NCBI GenBank assembly: GCA_003247575.1
Contig: QJZC01000002.1
Location: 69,480-133,479, forward strand
Direction of reading: 5' to 3'
From: Pseudomonadota bacterium
GTDB taxonomy: Bacteria; Myxococcota_A; UBA9160; SZUA-336
DNA length: 64,000 nucleotides
Made by a program: the position numbers and the translations under genes. Positions 41,095-50,205 of the stretch are shown here, one piece after another (the first letter of the stretch is position 1; every line of letters starts with the position of its first letter). The notes below the pieces were generated by a model, which had not been told where the DNA came from, did not search any database, and worked only from the letters and a program-made list of their open reading frames with translations.

Positions 41095-44000
41095 GCACTC
41101 GCATCGCGATCACACACCGCATGCAGCAGCACTTTCCTCGAGCCACGGAGCTCTCGACGCACTGGCTGCGACTTCGGCCGGCGCCGCACACGCGCGCCCG
41201 CGTGATGGCGTACTCGCTGCTCGTCGACATCGACTCGCGCTTCGTAAACTGGCTGCGCGATCCGTTCGAGAACTACCTGGCACGCCTCGACCTGCCCGAA
41301 CTGGTGCGCGCCCTCGATATTCGGCTCGAGATCCTGGCTGATCTCGAACCGGTCAATCCGTTCGACTTCTTGCTGGAGCCGTACGCGGCTCGATACCCGT
41401 TCGCCTACCCGGAGCAGCTGCACAAGGAGCTGGAGCCGTACCTGCAAGTCCCACCAGATCGGGGGCCAGCACTCACGCGCTGGATCTCCAGTCTGGATTG
41501 CGCCGCAGGCCCGACCCTCGAGTGGCTCTCCGCGCTCAATCAGCATGTTCACGATTCGTGCGCGCTGATTCCCGGCCCGATTCCTCAGGATCTCGATGTC
41601 GAAGCGACCCTCGAGCGCGGGGCTGGGTCGTGCTGGGAGCTTGCGTGGCTACTGACCTCGAGCCTACGGCTCTCGGGCCTCGCCGCGCGCTTCGTCTGCG
41701 GCTATCGACTCGATCTAGCTCCGGGCTCGGGCGGATTGGATCGCGTTTCGCTGCACAACTGGAGCGAGGTGTACCTGCCGGGGGCCGGTTGGGTCGGGCT
41801 CGACGCGGCCGCTGGCCTGTTCACCGGCGAAACCTACCTGCCCCTGGCGTGTACTCCAGACCCGATGCGCGCGCGACCGGTGGTGGACTCGAAGCAGCGC
41901 CCGCTGAGCTGGCAGAGCGAGACGCTGAAGGTCGAACGTCTGGTTCCAGAGGTACGCTCGTGGCCCTTCTCGGCCGGACAGTGGAGCGACGTGCGAACGC
42001 TCGCTCGTCACATCGAGCAGGACCTGGTGCAGCAGGGGCTCGCATGCACGTCTGGGGTGAGCTTGTCGTTCACATCGCGCACCTCTCCGGAGCTGCCGGA
42101 GTGGAACTCGCGGGCACTCGGCGCCGCAAAGCGTCGGATGGCCGAGCGCTTGTTGGATCGTCTGCGCGATCGGCTCGCGCCCGGAGGTGTCGCGCAGCTG
42201 GGGCAGGGGGACTGGTACGCGGGAGAATCGCTGCCGCGCTGGAGGTTCGGGTATTTCTATCGCGCAGATGGAGTGCCGCTCTGGCACGATGGCGCGCACC
42301 TGGGGGGCGATCCAGCGCGGTCGTTTGGTTCGAGCGATGCGTACGCTTTCCTGAAGCAACTCGCAGATCAGCTCGGGGTGCAGAGCGAGAGTGTACATGC
42401 CGCCTACGAAGACCCGCTTTACGAGCTGTCGCAGCAGCACGCCGCATCCCAGGCCAGAGTCGATGCGGCCGATCTGCGTGACCCGGGCCGGCGTGCATCG
42501 CTCGCAGAGCGCATGTCGGAACGGGCGCACACCGCCGCGGGGTACGTGCTCCCGATCCGTTGGGCCTTGGAAGCGTCGCGTCCCCAGAGCGGCACCTGGG
42601 TATTTCGCCGCAGCCGGATCTATCTGACACCGGGCGACTCCCCGCTCGGTTACCGTCTGCCGCTCGAGAGTCTGGTAGAGGATCCAGAAGGGAAGCGCGA
42701 GGCGCAGCGTGAGTACAGTCCCTTCGAAGCCACTGGACCTCTGCCCGAGCATCCTGCGGGCACCTTGGCGCAGAGCGCGTCTGTGCCTGCACTTGCTTCC
42801 GAGCATCCCCCACGCACCGCGATCTGTGTCCAGCCGCGCGCGGGCAAGCTGTACGTGTTCCTGCCCCCAATGCGTCGGCTCGAACACTACGTCGAGCTCG
42901 TCGCGGCCATCGAGCGGGCCGCCGAGGCAAGCGATGTCTGTGTGGCGCTCGAGGGCTACGCGCCTCCCGAAGACCCGCGGCTGCTGCGGCTGGTTTGCGA
43001 GCCGGAAGTGGGCACTCTGTGCCTACACTTGCCGCAGACGAGCGGTGCGAGTGCTCAGCTGGAGTTGCTTTGCATCGCTTACTCCGAGGCGCGCGCCCTC
43101 GGGCTCGCGGCCGAGCGGCTCTCGGAAGATGGAGAGCGGTTGCCGGTTGGAGGAAGAAGCCGCCTCGTGCTGTCGGGCGCGACTCCAGCGGAGAGCCCTT
43201 TCGTCGCGCGACCGGCAGTCCTCCGCGCGCTGATCGCCTACTTCCAGCGTCACCCATCGCTTTCCTACCTTTTTGCGGATCGCTTGATCGGTGAGCCGGG
43301 CGGGGCGGCGCGGCCGGACGAGGGTCGCGACGACGCGCTGTACGAGCTCTCGATCGCGCTCTCGCGACTCGGCGAAGCGTCCCTTCCGGCGGGGGTCGCA
43401 GCGGATCGCACGTATACAGACCGCGTGCTGCGCCATCTCTTGACCGACCCGAAAGGCGACATGGCTCAGGCCGAAATTCGCGTGGATCAACTCCACCCGC
43501 CCGAGCGCGCCAGCCTGCGCCTCGGACAGATTCAGATTCGCGCGTTCGAGACCGCGCCCGAAGAGCGGACGGCGGCGCTTCAGACCTTGCTACTCCTGGG
43601 CCTACTCGGTCGCTTCGCGCGTCACGGCGATGCGGGAACCCTGACCCGCTTCGGCGGTGATCTCCACGACCGATTCATGCTGCCGCGGATCCTCTGGGAA
43701 GACCTGCGCGAGGTCGTCGCCGACCTGAACACCGCGGGCTACCCGTTCCAGCTCGAGTGGTTCGAGCCGCTGCTCTCGCTACGCTTTCCGCTGCTCGGAC
43801 GCGTTCAGCTGGGGAGCATTGGCCTCGAGCTCTACACCGCACACGAGCCGTGGCCACTGCTCGCCGAGGAGGTCGCAGGCGGGGGAGTGACGCGCTTTCT
43901 GGATGTCGCCAACGAACGTCTGCAGGTTCGGCTTACCGCGCTGACGCCGGGTCGCCATGCGCTGGTGTGCAACGACCGACGTGTGTCGCTGAGGAGCACC

Positions 44001-44390
44001 GGCACGCACGGAGAGTACATCGCCGGAGTGCGCTTCAAAGTGTGGAACCCGCCCGCCACGATGCATCCGACACGACCGCCCGTCGAGGCTCTGGTCTTCG
44101 ACCTGCTGGATCTCTGGACGGGCAGAGTGATCGGGGGATGTACGTACTATCCCCGGCCACCCATTGTATTCGCGCCGATCGGATATCCAGCACAAACGCT
44201 GCCCGCGACTGAGGGTGGAGGCGATGTCTCGCCACCCCCTCCCTTGCCACCGGCGGCGATGCCTTCACCGCGCACGCGACGCGGGCGCTTCGTTCCGCAC
44301 GGGAGTGGTCTGGAGACGCTGCTGGCCCCCGCGCCACACTCCAGCGAACATCGACCCTTCTTGCTCGATCTGACACACGCGGTGTCCTGA
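41091..44390 (+). CDS. Transglutaminase-N + transglutaminase core + DUF2126 putative amidoligase, copy B
   Basis: The ATG at 41091 forms an ATGA overlap with copy A's stop. ITHRMQQHFPRATELSTHWLRLRPAPH; triad context GSCWELAW / LHNWSEVY / GLDAAAG. Collinear with copy A throughout. Confidence 0.85.
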   Translation: MSTRIAITHRMQQHFPRATELSTHWLRLRPAPHTRARVMAYSLLVDIDSRFVNWLRDPFENYLARLDLPELVRALDIRLEILADLEPVNPFDFLLEPYAARYPFAYPEQLHKELEPYLQVPPDRGPALTRWISSLDCAAGPTLEWLSALNQHVHDSCALIPGPIPQDLDVEATLERGAGSCWELAWLLTSSLRLSGLAARFVCGYRLDLAPGSGGLDRVSLHNWSEVYLPGAGWVGLDAAAGLFTGETYLPLACTPDPMRARPVVDSKQRPLSWQSETLKVERLVPEVRSWPFSAGQWSDVRTLARHIEQDLVQQGLACTSGVSLSFTSRTSPELPEWNSRALGAAKRRMAERLLDRLRDRLAPGGVAQLGQGDWYAGESLPRWRFGYFYRADGVPLWHDGAHLGGDPARSFGSSDAYAFLKQLADQLGVQSESVHAAYEDPLYELSQQHAASQARVDAADLRDPGRRASLAERMSERAHTAAGYVLPIRWALEASRPQSGTWVFRRSRIYLTPGDSPLGYRLPLESLVEDPEGKREAQREYSPFEATGPLPEHPAGTLAQSASVPALASEHPPRTAICVQPRAGKLYVFLPPMRRLEHYVELVAAIERAAEASDVCVALEGYAPPEDPRLLRLVCEPEVGTLCLHLPQTSGASAQLELLCIAYSEARALGLAAERLSEDGERLPVGGRSRLVLSGATPAESPFVARPAVLRALIAYFQRHPSLSYLFADRLIGEPGGAARPDEGRDDALYELSIALSRLGEASLPAGVAADRTYTDRVLRHLLTDPKGDMAQAEIRVDQLHPPERASLRLGQIQIRAFETAPEERTAALQTLLLLGLLGRFARHGDAGTLTRFGGDLHDRFMLPRILWEDLREVVADLNTAGYPFQLEWFEPLLSLRFPLLGRVQLGSIGLELYTAHEPWPLLAEEVAGGGVTRFLDVANERLQVRLTALTPGRHALVCNDRRVSLRSTGTHGEYIAGVRFKVWNPPATMHPTRPPVEALVFDLLDLWTGRVIGGCTYYPRPPIVFAPIGYPAQTLPATEGGGDVSPPPPLPPAAMPSPRTRRGRFVPHGSGLETLLAPAPHSSEHRPFLLDLTHAVS

Positions 44391-44445
44391 GCTCGGATCG
44401 CACCAGCGGATCCGGTCTTACGCTCGCTTCTCCCGAAGCTGCGAC

Positions 44446-46611
44446 TCAGACGCGACGCAGGTCGAGACAGTACGCGGTGAGGCTCTGCGGCTCCGGGTCG
44501 CGAGCGGCCGGCAGCTCCGTCGGGTCGAGCCGCTCGACCACGGCGCGCTCGCGCCGGCGTTCCGCAGCCTCATCCAGCCCCAGAGGCAGACCCGGGTAGG
44601 CCACGCCCGCGGGATGCCAGGAGTGCAGCACCGTGCGCAGGGCTGGGTATTCAGGATGGAGCAGGGTGAGGGTGATCTGCGGGGCTGCGTGCAACGTCGG
44701 GTGGATCCCTGTCGGCGGGACGAAGCTGCGATGGCGCAAGCCGCAGATGCGGGTCGCGCGGGCCGTGTCCGATTCGCGACGCAGCGGCACCCGCACCCCA
44801 TTGGCTACGAGCTCGATCGCGTCTAGCTGCTCGGCAAGGTCTTCGGGTGCGCACAGCCGGAGCTCCAGTCGCGCGGTGCTCGCATCGACGGTGCGCGAAC
44901 CGCCTCCCTCTTGCGACGCCACATCGCCTACCAGCGGCCAAAACTCCAGGGCCTGCTCGACCTGAAAGCGAGCGCCGGCGAACTCGAGGCTGACGAGGGT
45001 CGCGTTGGGGCGATCGAGCAGCTGCTGCTCCAGCTCCCGGCCCAGACCGAAGCCCGCTTGCGCCAGTTCGGACAGGACCTCGGAGAGATCGCGCTGCAGA
45101 TAGAACGGTAGAGCGAAGCGGTCGTGGAGGGCATCGCCCCAATCGACCAGATCGGGCGCGCGATCCTCACCCGCCAGCATCAAGAGAATGCTGCGAAACA
45201 ACAACACGCGAGCGATGGCGCGAGGCAGACTCTCTGGCATGGCCAGTGCGCGCAGCTCGACCAGCCCCAAGCGCCCACGGCCGGGCAGAAACGGATTGTC
45301 GAGCTTCTCGATGTTGAGCTCGCTGCGATGCGGATTTCCCGCTGCATCCGCCAGAAAGTGACGCAGCGTACTCCACAGCGTCTCTGCCGTCGGTGAATCG
45401 ATTCGTTCGAGCTGCTCGAGTGCAACCTGAAGTTCGAGGAAGGCTCCGCGCAGGCCTTCGTCCGCGCGTGGGGATTGACTCGAGCCACCCACGTAAGGGG
45501 TCGCGAACCAGTACGACAGCGCCGGGTGGCGAATCACGTAGCGAACCAAGCGGGGCAAGAGCGCGGGATGCACGAAGAACGGGCTTTGCGCCGGTGAGGG
45601 ACCGCCGAAGGTCAGATGCCCGCCACCGCCCGAGTCGGAGACTTCTCCGTTGTACTGCAGCCGGTACGGAGAGAGCCCCACCTCCTGCGCAAGCTCGAAG
45701 ATGCATCGTTCGGCGCGATAGAAGGCCTGCAAGCTCGGCTCGGGGGCTTGATTGATCTCCAATACCGCAGGATCCGGCGTCACCGTCGTCCACGCAACCG
45801 AGTCGTCGGCCGGAGGAGCGAATCCGCGGAGTCCCAGCGACGCCACCGCTCTGGCGGCGCATACGGCCGCGAGTTCGCGGAGGAACTGCAGGTATTCCCC
45901 GACGTCCGTGAACCCGGGTAGCTCGAGCCAGAACGCGTTGCCAGAGGACACATCTCCCTGATGAATCAGGATGAGGTACGTTCCCTCAGCTGCGAGCGGG
46001 TCTACTGGGCCGCCGTCGGTCACACGAGCGGCGTGAATCGAATCGCGAGCGAGCCGTGGATCCTCCGCGGAATCAAAGCAATCCGGCTGACCGGACGCGC
46101 GACACACGATGCGCCGCACGCTCGCTTCACCGATGTCGCAGGGCGCGGCAAACCATCCTGACCTCTGGAGTCGATCACAGAGAGCATCCCGGAGTCCGTC
46201 CAGGGCGCCCGCGTCTGGCTGCTTGGGTGGGGTGTCGGTCAGCAGGTCGGGCGGGCCGGACCAGACCGGCTGCCCATCCCGCCGGGCATAGATCCCATAG
46301 CAGAAGCGGGGAAACGGTTCGCCGGCGTATTGCCGACCAAGGGGACGCAACACCGCGGCTCCCGGAAACCGCTCTCGCAGCTTGGTGATCATCTGTCGTG
46401 CCCGCCGCTCCTTGTCCTCGCCCAGCGCCTCGGACAGCCACTCGGGCGCTTCGGAGCTGCGGTCGGTGAAGGTCGGTTCGGCCCCGATCCAGACGACCAC
46501 GGACGCATTGAGCGCACTCCGGTCGTGGGCCTCGATGCTCCTCTCTAGCTGAGCGCGATCGACCTCCGTCATGGTCAGAACCTGGTGTGGCTCACCCGTT
46601 CGAGTCCTCAT
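44446..46611 (-). CDS. Stand-alone DUF2126-type putative amidoligase (copy C, no transglutaminase module)
   Basis: Begins where the amidoligase part of A/B begins (VVWIGAEPTFTDRSSEAPEW vs LTMGGEPTFVSIDDMEGAEW). Shares GGGHLTFGG / HPALSYWF / ELRALAMP-type blocks and the C-terminal ..LDLRR. motif. Start is ATG 46611 or 46572. Confidence 0.75.
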   Translation of the reverse strand: MRTRTGEPHQVLTMTEVDRAQLERSIEAHDRSALNASVVVWIGAEPTFTDRSSEAPEWLSEALGEDKERRARQMITKLRERFPGAAVLRPLGRQYAGEPFPRFCYGIYARRDGQPVWSGPPDLLTDTPPKQPDAGALDGLRDALCDRLQRSGWFAAPCDIGEASVRRIVCRASGQPDCFDSAEDPRLARDSIHAARVTDGGPVDPLAAEGTYLILIHQGDVSSGNAFWLELPGFTDVGEYLQFLRELAAVCAARAVASLGLRGFAPPADDSVAWTTVTPDPAVLEINQAPEPSLQAFYRAERCIFELAQEVGLSPYRLQYNGEVSDSGGGGHLTFGGPSPAQSPFFVHPALLPRLVRYVIRHPALSYWFATPYVGGSSQSPRADEGLRGAFLELQVALEQLERIDSPTAETLWSTLRHFLADAAGNPHRSELNIEKLDNPFLPGRGRLGLVELRALAMPESLPRAIARVLLFRSILLMLAGEDRAPDLVDWGDALHDRFALPFYLQRDLSEVLSELAQAGFGLGRELEQQLLDRPNATLVSLEFAGARFQVEQALEFWPLVGDVASQEGGGSRTVDASTARLELRLCAPEDLAEQLDAIELVANGVRVPLRRESDTARATRICGLRHRSFVPPTGIHPTLHAAPQITLTLLHPEYPALRTVLHSWHPAGVAYPGLPLGLDEAAERRRERAVVERLDPTELPAARDPEPQSLTAYCLDLRRV

Positions 46612-46760
46612 GGTCTCCGCGCTCTTCGCGAGCGCATCGAGCTGGTGGCGAGGATATCCTCGGACGTGCAAGACTGCGAGTCTGCCCGGGTGCCCTGGAC
46701 GTCGGCCGGTGACCCTCCCAGCGGTCCGCCCGAGCAGAGCAATGGCGCTTCGATGACACC

Positions 46761-49238
46761 ATGCTGAGATACTGGGACGAGACGGCCGGTAGCGACGGAA
46801 ACACCAAGCCACCGTGGGAGCAGCTGATCGCTGCACTCGAGCGGCTTGGCAAGCGCGAGCTGGCGGCCCGGCGGGCGCACGCGCGCCGGATCATCGAGGA
46901 GAACGGGGTGACGTACAACGTGTACGGTGACCCCCGTGGAGCCGAGCGTCCCTGGGTGCTCGACACGATCCCGATCCTGATTGACGCTTCGGAGTGGCAG
47001 GTTCTCGAGGCGGCGATCCAGCAGCGGGCCGAGCTTCTCAATCGCCTGTTGGCGGACTTGTACGGTCCGCAGCGGCTGCTGCGCGAGGATCTACTGCCCC
47101 CAGAGCTGGTTTTCGCGCATCCCGGGTTCTTACGTCCGTGTCACGGGTTGGCGTTGCCCGGTAACCGCTACGTGCACACCTACGCCGTCGATCTGGCGCG
47201 GTCGCCCGACGGACAGTGGTGGGTGCTCGGCGACCGGATTCAGGCCCCGGCCGGCGCGGGCTACGCCTTGGAGAACCGGTTGGTCATGTCTCGCGCGATG
47301 CCCGAACTCTTCGGGGAGTTCTACGTGCACCGCCTGGCGGAATACTTTCAGGCCTATCGCGCGGCTCTCGCACAGATCGCACCAGCCGGCTGCGAGAATC
47401 CGCGGATCGTGCTCCTGACCCCGGGCCCATTGAACGAGACCTACTTCGAGCACGCATATCTGGCGCGCTACCTCGGATTTCCGTTGGTGGAGGGCGCAGA
47501 CCTCACCGTGCGCGACAGCCGCGTGTACCTGAAGACGCTCTCCGGACTGCAGCGGGTGGATGTGATTCTGCGCCGACAGGACGCACACTTCTGCGACCCG
47601 CTGGAGCTGTTCGGTGAGTCTGCGCTGGGTGTGCCCGGACTCGTCCGAGCCGTCCGCGCCGGACGCGTCACGATCGCGAACGCGCTCGGATCCGGTCTGG
47701 TGGAGACACCCGCCACGATGGCGTTTCTGCCCGGACTCTGCCGCCAACTGCTGGGCGAAGAATTGCGCATTCCCTCCGTCGCTACGTGGTGGTGCGGCCA
47801 GCAGCGCGAGCTGGAGTACGCGCTCGCCCATCTCGACCAACTCGTCTGGAAGCCCGCCTTCCCCGGGCCTGCGGACACTCGAGTAGACATGCTGGTCGGC
47901 GACACGCTGACCCGAAAGCAACGCCAGGGTCTAGAGGCTCGGATCCGCGCGCGGCCTCACCGCTGGGTCGCCCAGGAGAAGGTGGCGCTGTCCACCGTTC
48001 CCACCGGCGACCCTGGCAACCTGAATCCGCGCCACATGGTCTTGCGCGCCTACGCGGTGGCTCACGACCGCGGCTGGACCGTGATGCCAGGCGGGCTGAC
48101 CCGCGTCTCGAGCCGCGGGGATAGCTTGGTGGTCACGAGCCAGCGCGGCGGCGCGAGCAAGGATACGTGGGTGCTTGCAGCCGAGCCCACTCCTTTCGTC
48201 ACCTTGCTCCCGCCCGCAACGAGTCCCGAGGAGGTGTCCAGGCGCACCGCATCGCTCACCAGCCGGGTGGCCGACGACCTGCTCTGGCTCGGTCGCGGCA
48301 CTGAGCGCGTGGAGGCCAGCGTGCGCTTGTTCCGAGCGGCCTTCCAGGCGTTGGCCGACGAGCCGCTGCGCGTCTCCGACTTGCCCGCCCCGGAGTCGGT
48401 TCGGCTGATCCAGTGCATGGGCAAGATTCCCTCCCCGGAGGAGACGCCCGGAAGCCTGCAGGAACGCCTGCTCGGAGCCCTATTCGACCGCACGATCGCG
48501 ACGAGCGTCGGACACAGTGTAGGCGAGGTCCACCGACTCGCGTCGGTCCTGCGCGATCAGATCTCACCCGACGCCTGGCGCGTGCTCGGTCGCCTCGACA
48601 GCGCGTTCATTGGGCCCTCGGCGCATCCTGCTCGGCGAGTGTCCGCGACGCTCGAGCTCCTGGACAGTGCGCTGCTGCGAATCACCGCCTTTACCGGACT
48701 CGTGAGCGAGAGCATGACGCGTGGTTTGGGCTGGCAGTTCCTCGAGATCGGCCGACGCTTCGAGCGAGCGATTCAGGTCGTACAGCTGCTCTACCATGGT
48801 CTGCTCGAGGGGCTGCCCGAAGACTCGCGACGGCTCGAGCTGGTTCTCTCGGTCGCGGATTCCGCCATGACCTATCGCTCGCGCTACCAGACCTCGATCC
48901 AACTCCCGCTGGTCCTCGACCTGCTGCTGTTCGATGAGCTGAATCCGCGCTCGGTCTGCTTTCAGCTGGTGCGGTTGGAGGAGCGCTTCAGCTCCCTCCA
49001 TCGGGCGCCGCTGGAGGAGTTGCGCATGCTTCTCGAGCGGCTTCGCACAGCGCAGCTCGACGAGCTGATCGCCTTGCACGCCGGCGAAGACGGCCGTCAA
49101 ACACGTGCCGAGCTGGCCCGACTGCTCGAAGCGCTCGATGCCGGACTCCCGGCACTCTCGGACGCTCTGACCCATGCCTACCTGATCCACATCTTGCCGC
49201 AACGTCAGGGGCCGAGCTTTCGGCCGGCAAAGCCGTAA
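46761..49238 (+). CDS. Circularly permuted type-2 ATP-grasp fused to an alpha-E domain
   Basis: GVTYNVYGDPRGAERPWVLDTIPILI, GYALENRLVMSR, LTPGPLNETYFEHAYLARYLGFPLVEGADLTV and IPSVATWWCGQ are CP-ATP-grasp blocks. LTSRVADDLLWLGRGTERVEA starts an alpha-E domain at about residue 505. Confidence 0.85.
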   Translation: MLRYWDETAGSDGNTKPPWEQLIAALERLGKRELAARRAHARRIIEENGVTYNVYGDPRGAERPWVLDTIPILIDASEWQVLEAAIQQRAELLNRLLADLYGPQRLLREDLLPPELVFAHPGFLRPCHGLALPGNRYVHTYAVDLARSPDGQWWVLGDRIQAPAGAGYALENRLVMSRAMPELFGEFYVHRLAEYFQAYRAALAQIAPAGCENPRIVLLTPGPLNETYFEHAYLARYLGFPLVEGADLTVRDSRVYLKTLSGLQRVDVILRRQDAHFCDPLELFGESALGVPGLVRAVRAGRVTIANALGSGLVETPATMAFLPGLCRQLLGEELRIPSVATWWCGQQRELEYALAHLDQLVWKPAFPGPADTRVDMLVGDTLTRKQRQGLEARIRARPHRWVAQEKVALSTVPTGDPGNLNPRHMVLRAYAVAHDRGWTVMPGGLTRVSSRGDSLVVTSQRGGASKDTWVLAAEPTPFVTLLPPATSPEEVSRRTASLTSRVADDLLWLGRGTERVEASVRLFRAAFQALADEPLRVSDLPAPESVRLIQCMGKIPSPEETPGSLQERLLGALFDRTIATSVGHSVGEVHRLASVLRDQISPDAWRVLGRLDSAFIGPSAHPARRVSATLELLDSALLRITAFTGLVSESMTRGLGWQFLEIGRRFERAIQVVQLLYHGLLEGLPEDSRRLELVLSVADSAMTYRSRYQTSIQLPLVLDLLLFDELNPRSVCFQLVRLEERFSSLHRAPLEELRMLLERLRTAQLDELIALHAGEDGRQTRAELARLLEALDAGLPALSDALTHAYLIHILPQRQGPSFRPAKP

Positions 49239-50173
49239 TGCTCTACCGAGTCGTTCACCAGACGCGCTATACGTACAGCGGCCCGGCGTCCACCTCGCAC
49301 AATCTCGGTCACCTGTTGCCGCGGCGAACCGATCGGCAGAAGCTTCATCAGCTGGAGCTTCGCATCGATCCGTCACCGACCGACGTCGAGTCCTATCAGG
49401 ACTACTTTGGGAACGACGTCGTGGTCTTCACCTTGCTCGAACCGCATGAGCAGATGTGTGTGCGGACTCAGAGCTGGATCGAGGTGACAGCCCCGGCTCT
49501 GACTCAGCTGGACACATCCCCGGCATGGGAAGAAGTGGTGAGCAGTCTTCGGCGCCGCGAAGATCCCGACGCCTTCGCCGCGCTCGAAATGATCTGGGAG
49601 TCGCCCTTCGTGGACACCGGACCCGAGTTTGCGGCATACGCCCGTCCGTCGTTCCCCCCCACCCGGCGACTGCTGGATGCGCTCCTCGATTTCAACCACC
49701 GCATCTTCAGTGAGTTCCACTACGACCCTGAGGCCACGACCTTGGCAACGCCGATTCACAAGGTGCTCCAAGAGCGACACGGCGTTTGTCAGGACTATGC
49801 CCACCTGATGATCGGTTGCCTGCGCTCTCTGGGTCTGCCTGCGCGTTACGTGAGTGGGTACATCCGCAGCGCGGACGCGCCCGCCGACGCGGCTCGAGGG
49901 AGCGGCGCGGAGCTCGTCGGCTCGGAGGCCTCGCACGCGTGGGTCTCGGCCTGGTGTCCACCCTACGGTTGGCTCGATTTGGATCCCACGAACGACCTCG
50001 TGCCTTCCGATCAACACGTCCTGCTGGCCTACGGGCGTGACTACGATGATGTGAGCCCACTAAAGGGAGTCACCTTGGGCGGAGGCAAACACACGATAGA
50101 GGTTCAGGTGGACGTTCGTCCCACCCAGACCCTTCCCGCGAGCACGGGACCGAGCGCTTCCACCGGACTTTGA
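49238..50173 (+). CDS. Transglutaminase-family protein (Bact_transglu_N + transglutaminase core)
   Basis: MLYRVVHQTRYTYSGPASTSHN; triad context GVCQDYAH / SHAWVSAW / DLDPTN. TAATG stop/start overlap with the upstream gene. Confidence 0.85.
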   Translation: MLYRVVHQTRYTYSGPASTSHNLGHLLPRRTDRQKLHQLELRIDPSPTDVESYQDYFGNDVVVFTLLEPHEQMCVRTQSWIEVTAPALTQLDTSPAWEEVVSSLRRREDPDAFAALEMIWESPFVDTGPEFAAYARPSFPPTRRLLDALLDFNHRIFSEFHYDPEATTLATPIHKVLQERHGVCQDYAHLMIGCLRSLGLPARYVSGYIRSADAPADAARGSGAELVGSEASHAWVSAWCPPYGWLDLDPTNDLVPSDQHVLLAYGRDYDDVSPLKGVTLGGGKHTIEVQVDVRPTQTLPASTGPSASTGL

Positions 50174-50205
50174 GTTGCGCCGCCAGCTGGTTCCGACGTA
50201 ATGCA

